NCBI RefSeq assembly: GCF_006345805.1 | Contig: NC_043017.1 | Span: forward strand, 18,724,001-18,788,000 | Source: Octopus sinensis | Taxonomy: Eukaryota | Direction: 5' to 3' | Length of the DNA stretch: 64,000 bases | Shown: positions 49,922 through 62,460 of the stretch, one piece after another | Position numbering within the stretch: the first letter of the stretch is position 1 | Layout: every line of letters starts with the position of its first letter | The notes under the pieces: generated by a model | Seen by the model: only the letters and a program-made list of their open reading frames with translations | Told to the model about the DNA's origin: nothing | Databases searched by the model: none | Position numbers and translations under genes: made by a program

Positions 49922-51676
49922 TCATTGAATACATACATGTTTAGTTAAGTGAGACTTTTGAATGAATGATTTGCCACAGATATCACAATGATATGGCCTC
50001 TCTCCAGTATGAATACGTTTGTGTTTAGTTACAGCACCAATTCCATCAGAGAATGATTTGCCACAGATATCACACTGATATGGCTTTTCTCCTGTATGAA
50101 TACGTTTGTGAGAAATTAATCCAGCACTTCCAGAAAAAGATTTACCACAAATATCACAGCAATATGGCTTCTCTCCTGTATGAGTATATGTGTGAGTTTT
50201 TAAGTGGTTACTTCGAGAGAATGATTTACCACAAATATCACAGTGATACGGCTTCACTCCAGTATGAATGTATTTGTGTGCAGCTAAACTATTTCCATGA
50301 GTGAATGATTCATCACAGATATCACAGTGATAAGGTTTCTCTCCTGTATGAATACGTATATGTTTAGTTAAGTCACCACTTCCACAGAATGATTTACCAC
50401 AGATGTCACAGTGATATGGCCTCTCTCCTGTATGAATACGATTATGTGATTTCAAAGATGTCCTTAGTGAGAATGATTTATTACAGATATCACACTGGAA
50501 TGATTTTTTACCTGTATGAATATATTTGTGAAGAGTTAATTCACAATTTTGAGAGAATGATTTACCACAAATATCACAGTGATATGGCTTCTCTCCTGTA
50601 TGAATACGTTTGTGTGGAGTCAAGTAACTACTTCCAGAGAAAGATTTATCACAGACATCACAATGATAAGGCCTCTCTCCTGTGTGAATATATTTGTGAG
50701 TAGTTAAGTGACTTGATTGAGAGAATGATTTGCCACAGATGTCACAGTGATATGGCCTCTCTCCTGTATGAATACGTTTGTGTTTAGTTACAGCACCAAT
50801 TCCATTAGAGAATGACTTACCACAGATATCACACTGATATGGCTTCTCTCCTGTATGAATACGTACGTGAGAAGTTAATCCAGCACTTCTTGAAAAAGAT
50901 TTACCACAAATATCACAGAGATATGGCTTTTCTCCAGTATGAATGTATTTGTGAGTTTTCAAGTGGCTACTTTGAGAGAATGATTTACCACAAATATCAC
51001 AGTGATATGGCTTCTCTCCGGTATGAATGTATTTGTGTGCAATTAAACTATTCCCATGAGAGAATGATTCACCACAAATATCACACTGATATGGTTTCTC
51101 TCCTGTATGAATTCGTTTATGTTTAGTTAAGTTACCACTTCCAAAGAATGAACTACCACAAATTTCACAGTGATATGGTTTCTTCCCTGTATGAATACGA
51201 TTATGAAATGTTAAATGACTCCTTAGAGAAAATGATTTATCACAGACATCACATTGGAATGGCTTTGCACCAGTATGAACATATTTGTGAGAAGTTAATT
51301 CAGAATTTTGAGAGAATGTCTTTCCACAGATATCACAGTGATACGGCTTCTCACCTGTATGAATGCGTTTGTGAGAAGTTAATCCTCCATTTTGATAGAA
51401 TGATTTACCACAGACTTCACAGTGGTATGGCTTCTCTCCTGTATGAATGAGTTTGTGTCTTGTTAAGTTACTACGACTAGAAAATGATTTAGCACAAATA
51501 TCACAATGGTATGTTTTCTCTCCTTTATGAATACATTTGTGAGAGAATGACTTTTTACAGACATCACAGTAGAATAATGCTTTCCTTTCCTCTTTGCTTA
51601 CATCATTAGGAAAGTCAATCTTATGAATCCGTGTTTCACATTTATCCTTGTTTTCACAGTTCCATTCAGTTTCCAT
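49922..51676 (-). CDS. C2H2 zinc-finger protein ZNF-8, 18 complete fingers plus degenerate first and last fingers
   Basis: ATG at 51676 (METEWNCE). First finger lacks 7 aa, last finger lacks the second His, and there is an internal block duplication. Confidence 0.95.
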   Translation of the reverse strand: METEWNCENKDKCETRIHKIDFPNDVSKEERKALFYCDVCKKSFSHKCIHKGEKTYHCDICAKSFSSRSNLTRHKLIHTGEKPYHCEVCGKSFYQNGGLTSHKRIHTGEKPYHCDICGKTFSQNSELTSHKYVHTGAKPFQCDVCDKSFSLRSHLTFHNRIHTGKKPYHCEICGSSFFGSGNLTKHKRIHTGEKPYQCDICGESFSHGNSLIAHKYIHTGEKPYHCDICGKSFSQSSHLKTHKYIHTGEKPYLCDICGKSFSRSAGLTSHVRIHTGEKPYQCDICGKSFSNGIGAVTKHKRIHTGERPYHCDICGKSFSQSSHLTTHKYIHTGERPYHCDVCDKSFSGSSYLTPHKRIHTGEKPYHCDICGKSFSQNCELTLHKYIHTGKKSFQCDICNKSFSLRTSLKSHNRIHTGERPYHCDICGKSFCGSGDLTKHIRIHTGEKPYHCDICDESFTHGNSLAAHKYIHTGVKPYHCDICGKSFSRSNHLKTHTYTHTGEKPYCCDICGKSFSGSAGLISHKRIHTGEKPYQCDICGKSFSDGIGAVTKHKRIHTGERPYHCDICGKSFIQKSHLTKHVCIQ

Positions 51677-53939
51677 AATGTTTTTGTCTCTCACCACAAC
51701 ATACAGATGTTATATTCTGTTATATTTTGTTTTTATATTTTATTCCTTACAAATATTTCTTCTGCTGTGAATGTTGTAGACATTTGAAGATGCTGCAAAC
51801 TCATTCCCGATCCAAGTTTAATTACAATATAAAATTATCTTGTACATATTCGAGACAGTGAAGTAGGCATATATTGATATTAATTTTCATTTAGAGTAAA
51901 TATTTCAAAGTAATTCTACCACAGATTTATATAAACAAGGTTTATATCTGTTCTCTGACATCTTTTCTTTTTCTTTTTAAAAGAGGATAAATATTGATGC
52001 ATCTGTACTGAAGAATTCTACCTTCCACATGACATAGATTATTCTGAAAGAAAAGAGAAACAATATAGAGAATCCTTCAAAGGTAGACATTCAACGGTGG
52101 ACATTTTACTACATTTCTTTTACATCAAAAACCTATATATAAAATTTACCCATCACATCAACCCCTTTCCAAGACAAAAAGACATTTATAGGCCCAACTG
52201 CTTGAGCAAAACTGGGTTCTAAAAGTGTTGTGTGTGAAAATTTTTTTCACACACCCTTATCCCAACAAACCAAACAACATTCCTTCTCTTCTCTTCCTCT
52301 TTTTCCTGCACTATACTTATGCTTATCTCTCCCTCCCCACTGTGTCATTGCCATACTGTTGTGCCCCCACCCTACACCTGCATTCCTTCACCGCTTCGCA
52401 TTCATGTGAACCCTCTACTCCCAACTCATGTATTCCTGGCAATACTTTACCATCCCATTTATATTTTCATCCCTGTACCTTGCAGATGTGCCCTGGCACA
52501 TTCCCCACTATTTCGCTCTCACTCTCTCTTGCACTCTCACACTCATTCTCATTTTTGATCTCTCTCTCTCTCCCTCCTGGGTAACCATGTATCTCCCCTA
52601 CAGCAAGACTCCTGTTTCTCTGTCACACTCTAACCTCCCATTGTGTGGCACAAGGCTACATCCTCCTATACCCCACCTCTCAAAGGATCTTTGTCTTGCA
52701 AGTTACTCTGTGACTCCACCAGTGCTGGTGTCTAGTCCACACTGTAAAGTGTTAAGTGTTTGGAAGGGAATCCAGTCATAGAAACCATGCCAAAACAGAC
52801 TTTGCCAGTGTTGGTGCCATATTAAAAGCATCGTGTCCACTCTGTAAAATAGTTGGCATTAGGAACGGCATCCGATCATAGAAACTATGCCAATACAGAT
52901 AGTAAAGTCTGGTGCAGTCCTCTGGTTTGCCAGCTCCACTCAAACCCGCCAACACATGCTAGCATGGAAAATGAACATTAAATGATGATGATGATGATGG
53001 TGTGTGTGTCTGTGTTTGTCACCCACCACTGCTTGATAACCAGTAGTGATGTATTTACAGCCCCATAACTTAGTGGTTCAGCAAAAGAGGCCAACAGAAT
53101 AAGTACCAAGCTTACAAAAAAAAAAGTTCTAGGGTTAATTCATTTAACCAAAGGCTGTGATGGGTTTGTCTCCAGTGAGACATGATGGAACACAATGAAC
53201 TCTTTGAATAGCTAGGACCTTATTAAACTATCCAGCTTGTGTCATCATGGAGCACAGATGCTAGAGTATTACAGGGATCATACACACACAGAAACACTAT
53301 AATCATCATCATCATTGTTGTTTAACATCCGCTTTCCATGCTGGTGTGGGTTTGACGGTTTGACTGAGGACTGGCAAGCCAGAAGGCTGCACCAGATTCC
53401 AATCTGATCTGGCAAGGTTTCTACAGCTGGATGCCCTTCTTAACTCCAGCCACTCTGAGAGTGTAGTGGGTGCATGTCCAGTCATGGGGTAACTGATGCA
53501 ATCGATGTTGGTATGTTTACGTCCCCGTAACTTAGCGGTTCGGCAAATGAAGCCCGATAGAATAAGCACTTGGCTTACAAAGCATAAGTCCTGGGTCGAT
53601 TTGTTCGACTAAAGGCGGTGCTCCAGCATGGCTGCACTCACATGACTGAAACAAACAAAACAATATATATGTATGTCTATATGCCGATTTTATTCACCAA
53701 CACTTCGTGGCATTTTTATCCTTCAATTTTCAAAAATTATTTCTGTCATTCATTGAAACATAGTAGTTGGGTCACACCCCTTCCTTTCGTAACTTTTCAA
53801 TTTTAAGTCTTTTTACAAATAAATTTTTCGGATCCACGTTTGAAACATCGGAGATTATATTCTACAAATTTTTTTTTCTAACATTTCAATTTCTTTTCAT
53901 TCCTCTTCGCATCTCTTCCGAAAGTATCAAGACAATAGA

Positions 53940-54330
53940 CATTGTCAGCTAAAGCAAGTTTTTCGACTCGCTTCTATTACATATGCGGCAGCCTACCGTA
54001 TGCGGATTAAGGCAACATCGTTACTTTAGGAAGATTTCTTTTTTTCTTCACTTTCTTTCCATAATCTTTGAACACATCAAAACAAACAGATGTAGAAGAA
54101 TGAGGACATGACCTATTCAATGTAGACGATGTTTCTGTTAATAATACTTACATATTAATATAGAGCCGATGACGAAGATGTGATAGATTCAAATAGTCAC
54201 AGCTAAGACTGGACAATGACAGCTTTGACACACATTCTATATTTTACAACAAACCTTCATTTAGATTTTTCACATCGACATAATAAAGAATGTTGTAGCT
54301 GTTTCTTTCCTCGGTTAATTAGCAATCATC
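53940..54330 (-). promoter_or_regulatory. Upstream module of ZNF-8 (donor at 54151; acceptor 52045-52044)
   Basis: Reverse-complement match to the family module; near-identical to the ZNF-7 copy. Confidence 0.7.
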
Positions 54331-57300
54331 TATCAACCGACGTCTTCGATGTATAATTAAGGCACACCAAAGTGAGGGAGGTGCATTTTTCAGCGCTATA
54401 AAAAAAACAACAAAAAGAACTTCCCTCACATTGGTATATCTTGTTTCATTTTGATGAGGAAACTTATTGTTATGGACAATGGACGGCATGAGTTAAAATA
54501 AGAACAGTAATAAGCGAGTGAAGAACGAATATTTAGTGTGTTTATTTGGTAAAAAAAACAAAAATGACCGTCTCGAAAAAGAATATCAGTTTCAGGAATC
54601 TTACAACTCAAATTCATTATTATTATATGAGATCAAGTTCTTTAACCACACTAATGATTAGGGGTGAGAGACACGTTAGGTGTTTGGTGGTTTCGAAAGA
54701 CGAAACCTTTGTAAATGTTTCAGTGATCACTCGAGTTGCTAGAAATAGCAGTCAAATTTCCTGCGAAGTACAGCATATTATATTGCGTGTACTGCTGTCC
54801 TTCCATACTTGCTACCGTTGTTTGTTACTCGATTTCTCTCTCTCACACACACACATACACACAAAAGTATCACATCGTAATCGATCGAGTGATCATTGCT
54901 AAACTCAAACTCCTTTTTGTGCCGATTTCTCACTCTGATGAAATATTCAACTCACAATATTCAAAATGCATCTTTGATTTATTATTTGTAATTTGAATGA
55001 ATTGAATATGCAATAGGTAATTTGAAATTGACATTATGTTAATCAATTGATATTTAACTATCGATCTCTCCATTTTCTTCTTATCCTATACACACACACA
55101 CACGAGAAGCGCATCATCATCATCATTTAATGTCCGCTTTCCATGCTGGTATGGATTGGACGGCTTGACTGAGAACTCGCAAGCCAGAGGCTGTACCAGG
55201 CTCCAATCTGATCTGGCAGTGTTTCTACAGCTGGATGCCCTTCCTAACGCCAACCACTCCAAGAGTGTAGTGGGTGCTTTTTACGTGCCACCGGCATGAG
55301 GGCCAGTCAGCTAGTACTGGCATCAACCATGCTTGATGGGAGCCAGTCAGGTGTGATGTTGTTGTGGAAAGTGACAGATTATTAACTATTATCTTAATAC
55401 AATATATTGTGATATTATCAGGTGTAATTAGTGTCATTGATTAACGACTGAGTTCATATCTTTCCAATCAGCTTCTTTGCCCTACTGGAGTAGCCAAATA
55501 TTTTCTGGAAAAACCAAAGTTGCTGGGGCCATGCAAAAAAAGGCCTTGTTCCAGACCCATGCTAATGCCACATAAAGAAGTGCACATGCTGGAGCCACAT
55601 AAGACATCATTCATGCCAGCACCAAGCACACTTTGTAGTGGTTGGCTTTAGGAAAGGCATCCAGCCAAAAGACCTTACTAAAACAGATGAGTGGAAGCTG
55701 CTGCATCCTGTCAAACCCATGTATAGAAAGCAGACATTAAATGATGACGATGATGATCAAACACACACACATACATAGTAGGTGAGTTGGGATAAAATAA
55801 TCCAACAGTTTACATTGAGAAGCACTTCCATGGACAGTGGCTATCTGAAAATTGTAACGGAGATATTCCTTATAAACTGTTGTTCCCAATAAACAAAATC
55901 CACAAACCACTTTTCTGTCGCAGAGTATAAATAAAAATTAAAGACTGAAGTTAGCAGAATTATTTTTATTTCATAGTTTACAATTGTTTCAACAACTCCA
56001 TTGTCAATAACCTTGCATCATGCTTAGAAACATGTCCATAATTAATGATTTGGTCATATATGCTGTGCAATTTATGATCCAGAGAAATTGTTTCTTCAGA
56101 AGTTTTTATAAAAGAATATAATGAAGCAATTGATTATTTTTGCTTAAACATGGGATAATCAGCAACATTTATAGCAGGAAGGACTAAGATTTATAATTTT
56201 ATGTGGAAAATGACAAGAAAAAATAAGAAAGAAAGAAAGCTTTCGGCTCTGTTCAGCCTTCACTGGATAATCCTCAAGTGCTAATCCTTCACTAGATAAT
56301 CCTCAAGTGCTAATCAGATCTGCTGCTCAAGACAATTCCATGGTATCAAAATATTTTCATGTCACCTTAGTGGTGTTTTGTCATTAGTATGTTATATCTC
56401 TACTAAGTTAACTTTACGGCTCTTTCATTCTAGGCTTACTTTCATATCTGGAATTTCTTTCCTAATACCACTACAGATTCAGCTATAGGAACAAGGTCAT
56501 TAACATACAGGAGTTTCTATGGACAATTGAACTTAACCACCTCCATTACAGCCTGAAGCATTAAAACAAACATAAGGTAACTGAGAATCAAGCCTGGCTC
56601 AATTCCTTTACATATATATCATACCATAATAAAATTTGAACCAGAATCCTCACAAAATACATGAAATAATGTATAAAAGATCCACAACATACATAATGAT
56701 ATAAATGAAATATTTTCTTTTATGGTTTCTGTATTTATTTCTTACCTAATAACTGTACATGGCTTATGAGAATAGATTTCTCAGTTATTTACCCACAATG
56801 TCAAATAAATTGATTGCATCTCTACTCTCATTAGATGGAAAACATAAATATTCTGAAAGAATATTTTTATTGAAGGTATCGCCATAGTTATTTACTTCAC
56901 CAATACTTGATGCAGGGGTTATATAAAACAAAGTGTTTGGAAATTGTTATCACAATATATCTTCTTTGATATGTGGAATACATTTATTCTCATAATATTT
57001 GTTTCATACAAATTCCAGATGCTAAGCCTCACAGAGGAAATAACAAGGGAGCAGGAGTTGGGGTGATTTGTTTAACATCTGTTTTTCATGCTGGCATGGA
57101 CTGGACGGTTTGACTGAGGTCTGGAGAGCCAGTGGCTGCACCAGGCTCCAATCTGATCTGTGTATGAATATGTAAATTTGTAGTTAAGGGACCTATTCAA
57201 GAGAATTACTATAAAAATCAATGAAATTGGTTTCTCACCTGTATGAATACACCTGTGTACATTTAAGGCAACCTTTTTTTAGACAACTGCTATAGAAACC

Positions 57301-57385
57301 ACAGAAAGATAGCACCACTGCTTCTACATTTGTGCTTTGATAGGGCACCAATTTCAGAGAATGATTCACTGCAGATATCACAGTG

Positions 57386-58453
57386 CTATTTCTTTTCTCT
57401 TGTATGAATATGTTTATGAGTAAATAAGGTACCACTTTCAGAGAATGACTTATCACAAATATCACAGTGATATGGTTTCTCTCCTGTATGTGTACGTTTG
57501 TGAGTAATCAAGGTACTATTTCCAGAGAATGATTTACCACAGATATCACAGTGATATGGTTTTTCCCCAGTATGAATACGTTTATGAGAAGTTAGGTTAC
57601 CATTTTTAGAGAATGATTTACCACAAATATCACATTGATATGGTTTCTCTCCAGTATGAATACGTACATGTTTAGTTAAGTCACCATTCTGAGAGAAAGA
57701 TTTACCACAAATATCACAGTGATATGGCTTCTCTCCTGTATGAATACGTTTATGATTACTTAGGTGACCATTTTCAGAGAATGATTTACCACAGATATCA
57801 CAGTAATATGGTTTTTCTCCAGTATGAAGCCGTTTGTGTATAGTTAGGGTTGTGCAACGTGAAAATGATTTACCACAGATATCACACTGATATGGCTTCT
57901 CTCCCATATGAATACGATTGTGAGTAGTTAAACTCTCATTTTGAGAGAATGATTTACCACAGATATCACAATGATATGGTTTTTCTCCTGTATGAATACG
58001 TCTGTGTGCAGTTAAGCTGCTACTTTGAGAGAATGCTTTACCACAGATATCACAATGAAATGGTTTTTCTCCTGTATGAATACGTCTGTGTGCAGTTAAA
58101 CTACCATTCTGAGAGAACAATTTACCACAGATATCACAGGAATATGCTTTCTCTCCTGTATGAACGACTTTGTGAGAAGCTAAAGTATCACTTCGAGAGA
58201 ATGATTTACCACAGATATCACAGTAAAACGGTTTCTCTCCTGTATGAATGAATTTGTGAGAAGTTAAAACATCATTTCTGTTAAATGATTTACCACAGAT
58301 ATCACAATGATATGGTCTCTCCCCTGAATGAATGCGTTTGTGAGTAGTTAGGTTGCTTTTCTGAGAGAATGACTTTTTACAAATATCACATTTATGCAAT
58401 GGCCTTCCATTCTCTTTCTTTTGAACTTTGTCCTCACAGAATTCAGTTTCCAT
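57386..58453 (-). CDS. C2H2 zinc-finger protein ZNF-9, 12 tandem fingers, shortened leader
   Basis: 355-aa ORF. The stop falls inside a linker (TREKK*HCDIC). Confidence 0.95.
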   Translation of the reverse strand: METEFCEDKVQKKENGRPLHKCDICKKSFSQKSNLTTHKRIHSGERPYHCDICGKSFNRNDVLTSHKFIHTGEKPFYCDICGKSFSRSDTLASHKVVHTGEKAYSCDICGKLFSQNGSLTAHRRIHTGEKPFHCDICGKAFSQSSSLTAHRRIHTGEKPYHCDICGKSFSQNESLTTHNRIHMGEKPYQCDICGKSFSRCTTLTIHKRLHTGEKPYYCDICGKSFSENGHLSNHKRIHTGEKPYHCDICGKSFSQNGDLTKHVRIHTGEKPYQCDICGKSFSKNGNLTSHKRIHTGEKPYHCDICGKSFSGNSTLITHKRTHTGEKPYHCDICDKSFSESGTLFTHKHIHTREKK

Positions 58454-59059
58454 AATTTTTCATGTCTCACCACGAATATTCCTTCCACTGTATTTCCTTC
58501 AATTGTGATTTTCTGTCAATATGTGAAGATGCTGTAAATTTACTAGGAATCTGAGTTTAATTAGACAATAAATTCATTTTGTATATATTTCTGACAATGA
58601 AGTAACGCTATTCTGCAATCAGTTTCAGTTCACAGCAAATATTTCATGGTGATTCTACCACAGATTTATATAAACAAAGTTTATATTTGTTCTGTATGGC
58701 ATTTCCTTTTAGTCATTAAAAAGTGATAAATATTGACGGGTCTGGAGTAAATAATTCTTTTATGCCAATGTAATTTGATAATCTGAAATAATAAAGAAAT
58801 AGAAAATATAGAGGATACTTAAAAAGTAGGCATTCAACTGACACTTTACTACATTTCTTCTATATTGATAAAACTTTATTTGACAAACGATCTTCTCCCG
58901 TTTCAAGACTTATACATAAAGGTAACAGAGAAGGTAAATCATCTCGGCAGTATTTTTGCAAATTTTTTCTGTGTGTTGATATTAAGATATGAGGGAATAA
59001 AGATAACTGAAATGGAATGTGGAAAGGAAAACGGGGAAGATATGAAGACAACCATAGGT

Positions 59060-59340
59060 AATGTCAGTTAAAGCAAGTTTTTCAACTAACAGACTACGGC
59101 ATAGGAATTAAGACAGCATCGTTACTTTAGGAAAATTTCTTCTTCACTATCCTTCTTTTATCCTTGAACACATCAAAACAAAAGGATGTAGTAGAAAGAG
59201 GACACGACCTATACAATGTAGACGTTGTTTCTCTCCAGAATACTTACATATTAATATAGAGCCAATGACGAAGATGTCGTGATAGATTCAAGTAGTCACA
59301 ACTCAGACAGGACAATGACAGCTTCAACAAACCTTCGTTT
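59060..59340 (-). promoter_or_regulatory. Upstream module of ZNF-9 (donor at 59247; acceptor 58784-58783)
   Basis: Reverse-complement match to the family module; shortest intron (about 465 bp). Confidence 0.7.
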
Positions 59341-59906
59341 ATACCAGTATTTGGCCAACACTGCTGGGGTACAGTGAACGATTTATAAAAGAAATAGTGA
59401 ATAGTTTTTTTTTTTAGTGGTTGTCTCTTATTCAAATATTAACTTTAAAATGATTTTAAATGTGAAATATTATAGTAAACTGCACGTTACCCCCACAATC
59501 GCGACAACAATAATAAGTCTGGGTGAAACCCTGATTCGAATATATGTGTCAATAATGAAACTGAAGCGGTGTCATTAAAGAGTAGGTCCAGTAGTAAAAT
59601 AGTACCCCGCGTTAAACTAGTTCCCAAAACTAAATTACACCGTCCTGATATTACATGAAAAAGTTTTAAAAGGTATATTTCGAAACCTTTGGATCTTTTC
59701 ACTTTCAAAGCCTGTTCTTTCAAATTTTTCCTACTGAACCAAACAATTTGAAACTTCGTATACTGGTAGAATGTGTCAAAAGAAAACATAATTGTAAACC
59801 AGAATGAAAAAGGAATTGTAATTTCAAGATCCGGGGAAAGTATAAAAATGATGGAAACGAATAAATAAAAATTAAAAATTTTAATTAATATTGAAGTTAA
59901 TATTGG

Positions 59907-60308
59907 TGTAAGAATTAACACTTCCTTCTCTAAGCCTAGATTCGAAACCGAATCCAAGAATTCTCGGTCGTCCAAACCACGACGATCAACAGCCGCGAAA
60001 AAAGGTTTTCTCTGTCCTGTCAAAAATTGATTGATGATCTCCCTTTGACCAGCGACCTCACATCAGGCGAAGTTCAACTGGACAAGCGCTGACCTATTTA
60101 GGTACAAACTCTGCTGCAGTATGTCTGTCTTTCTAGCTGCCACAAATATTATAAAACCAGACGAAACAAGCGAGGCAAGCAGACAGACGAGATAGATCTA
60201 TCTACGACCCAAGTTTTGGCAGACGACAGAGACAGAGAGAAATGTTCGAAGTGCCGACAGACTACTGTTTCGAATATAGGCTTAGAGAAGGAAGTGTTAA
60301 TTCTTACA
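59907..60308. mobile_element. Copy of the Ginger-like element inside the duplication
   Basis: TGTAAGAATTAACACTTCC...GGAAGTGTTAATTCTTACA, flanked by TTGG and CTGG. Confidence 0.65.
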
Positions 60309-62460
60309 CTGGTTTCAAATTTTGGCACAGGGCCAGCATGTTCGGGGAAAAGGGGTTCGTTGATTACATCAACCCCAGGGCTCAACTGATACTTATTTTA
60401 TCGACCTTGAAAGGATAAAAGGTAAAGTCAATGCTGGTGGCATTTAAACCCAGAATGTAAATATGAAATGTCGCCAAGCATTTTTTTCCTCAGAGTGGTA
60501 ACCACCTTACTGCTGGAGATGATATTATTAAGATTCTGCCTGGGTCAACTTTGCCTTTCCTCCTTTCGGGGTTGATAAAACAAGTACCAGTGAAACACTG
60601 GGGTCGATGTAATTGACTAGTTCACTCCCAACAAATTTCAGGCCTTGTGCCTTTAGGAGAAAGGATATTATTATTATTATTAAAGCGGCGAAGCTGGTCA
60701 TTAGGAAGACATCGCAATGGCACAGCATTTCTTGTGACATTACATTCAGAGTTAAAATTCCTATGCAGCATTGATATTAATAATAAAATTATTTTGTGAT
60801 CTTTTGTAGGCTGCTGCAAACTGCATGAACTTGTCAGAATTACCATCATTTCATTCAGATGATGAGGCTAAGGTTTTAATGTTAATGGACTCAGGAATGA
60901 TACTGTTCGAAAGTAAACAGGAAGGACTAAAGGGGAAGATGTGACACATACTAAATAAAATAGAAACATAGGCAAGTGTTTAATGCAACACGGTTGAAAG
61001 AAGAGCAGTCCCCAATTTATTCACACACATCTTATTTTAATAACTTCCTCGTTATTTTCAAAATTAATTGAAACAACAGTAGTGCATTCTAACAGAAATA
61101 TGGTAAGATAAAAGGTTAAAGTGATCTAAATTAAAACTTTACATCAAAATTTCAAGTTAATTTATGTTCCAGACACTAACTTAGTAATGATAAAGTCATT
61201 TTTAGTAAATTTTTCATCATTTTCAAAATTGATTTAAAGACAAGCAGTGTTTTGCAACAGAAATATGATAAGTAAATGGTTAAACTTTTGACCGTATTCA
61301 AATAATATCAAAAAGAAAAAAAAGAAACTTTCCTCAACAACCAAATGTGTCCCTTAATAAATAGTCTTATCATGACGTCTCACTCTGTAAACAGGGAAAC
61401 TATCATTATATCAGTTCTTGTTTCCTTATTCTATACAGGCTGTCAATAAAACACTACTACACCAGAAAGCAATGAAATAGTCCCCCCTTTAAATGAAATG
61501 TGTTACACAACAATATATAATTATATGAAAGCAACACGACTGTATATATATCTACATCAGGGTGGATGTCTCCAAGAGGAGTTACTGAGTGGCAGAGATT
61601 GATGACATTAGAGGAATATGGAAGAGAGACCTTATAACACTAACTGGTCTATCACTGAGACTGTCTTCATATCTAACATAACAATATGGTAGAGTTCATC
61701 CAGATGTCTTGTATTGAATAGTAAGAATTTACAGAGAAGATTACATCTACACAAGTAAGTTCATAGTGAAGTTGTTGTCCTTATGTCCATTAATTATAAA
61801 CAGTTTGTGTTCCTGACATCTGGAAAGTATTAGCGATATATTTAGAACAACATGACCAGAGTGAAACTTCATTACAAACTCAAACACTATTCTTAAGTGA
61901 AGGAGAACAGAGCTGCCATTAAGTTTGAAGAATATGGAAGGGAGACTTTATAACACCAACTGGTCTATCACTGAGACTGTCTTCATATCTAACATAACAG
62001 TAGAGTCATTCATCCAGATGTGACTGCAATGTCTTGTATTGAATAGTAAAAATTTCCAGGGAATATTACATCTACACAAGTAAATTAGCAATGAAGGTTT
62101 TGTCCTTATGTCCATTAATTATAAATTGTTTGTGTTCCTGACATCTGGAAAGTATTACTGGTATATTTCCATCAACAAGACCAAAGTCTTGTTTTGTTAC
62201 CAAAGAAGCTACATTAGCTCTCTACCATTTATGGGTGGTGGATAGCATGTTTGGTATTAAGTTACATCCATTTATGTTCTCAGTTCAAATCCCACTACAT
62301 TGGTCTTTATCTTTCGTACTACTTTGTTTGTTGTAGATTGAATCCATCCAGAACTTCCCCAAAATGTGTGGCCTTGAGCCAATGTTAGTAATTAATATTT
62401 ATTAATTGATGCTGGTCATTTGTAATCCAACAATTTAATAGAAATACTGGGGTTCTGGGT

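Noticed and set aside
56257-56314. 29-bp tandem duplication, and microsatellite-derived ORFs such as 47399-47718 and 48656-48949
   Set aside because: Ordinary slippage and low-complexity sequence.
4682-58251. Many antisense ORFs of the type [18 protein letters not shown], and alternative-frame ORFs over the ZNF genes
   Set aside because: Shadow frames of the 84-bp finger repeat, broken by stops at variable positions; no sign of independent coding.
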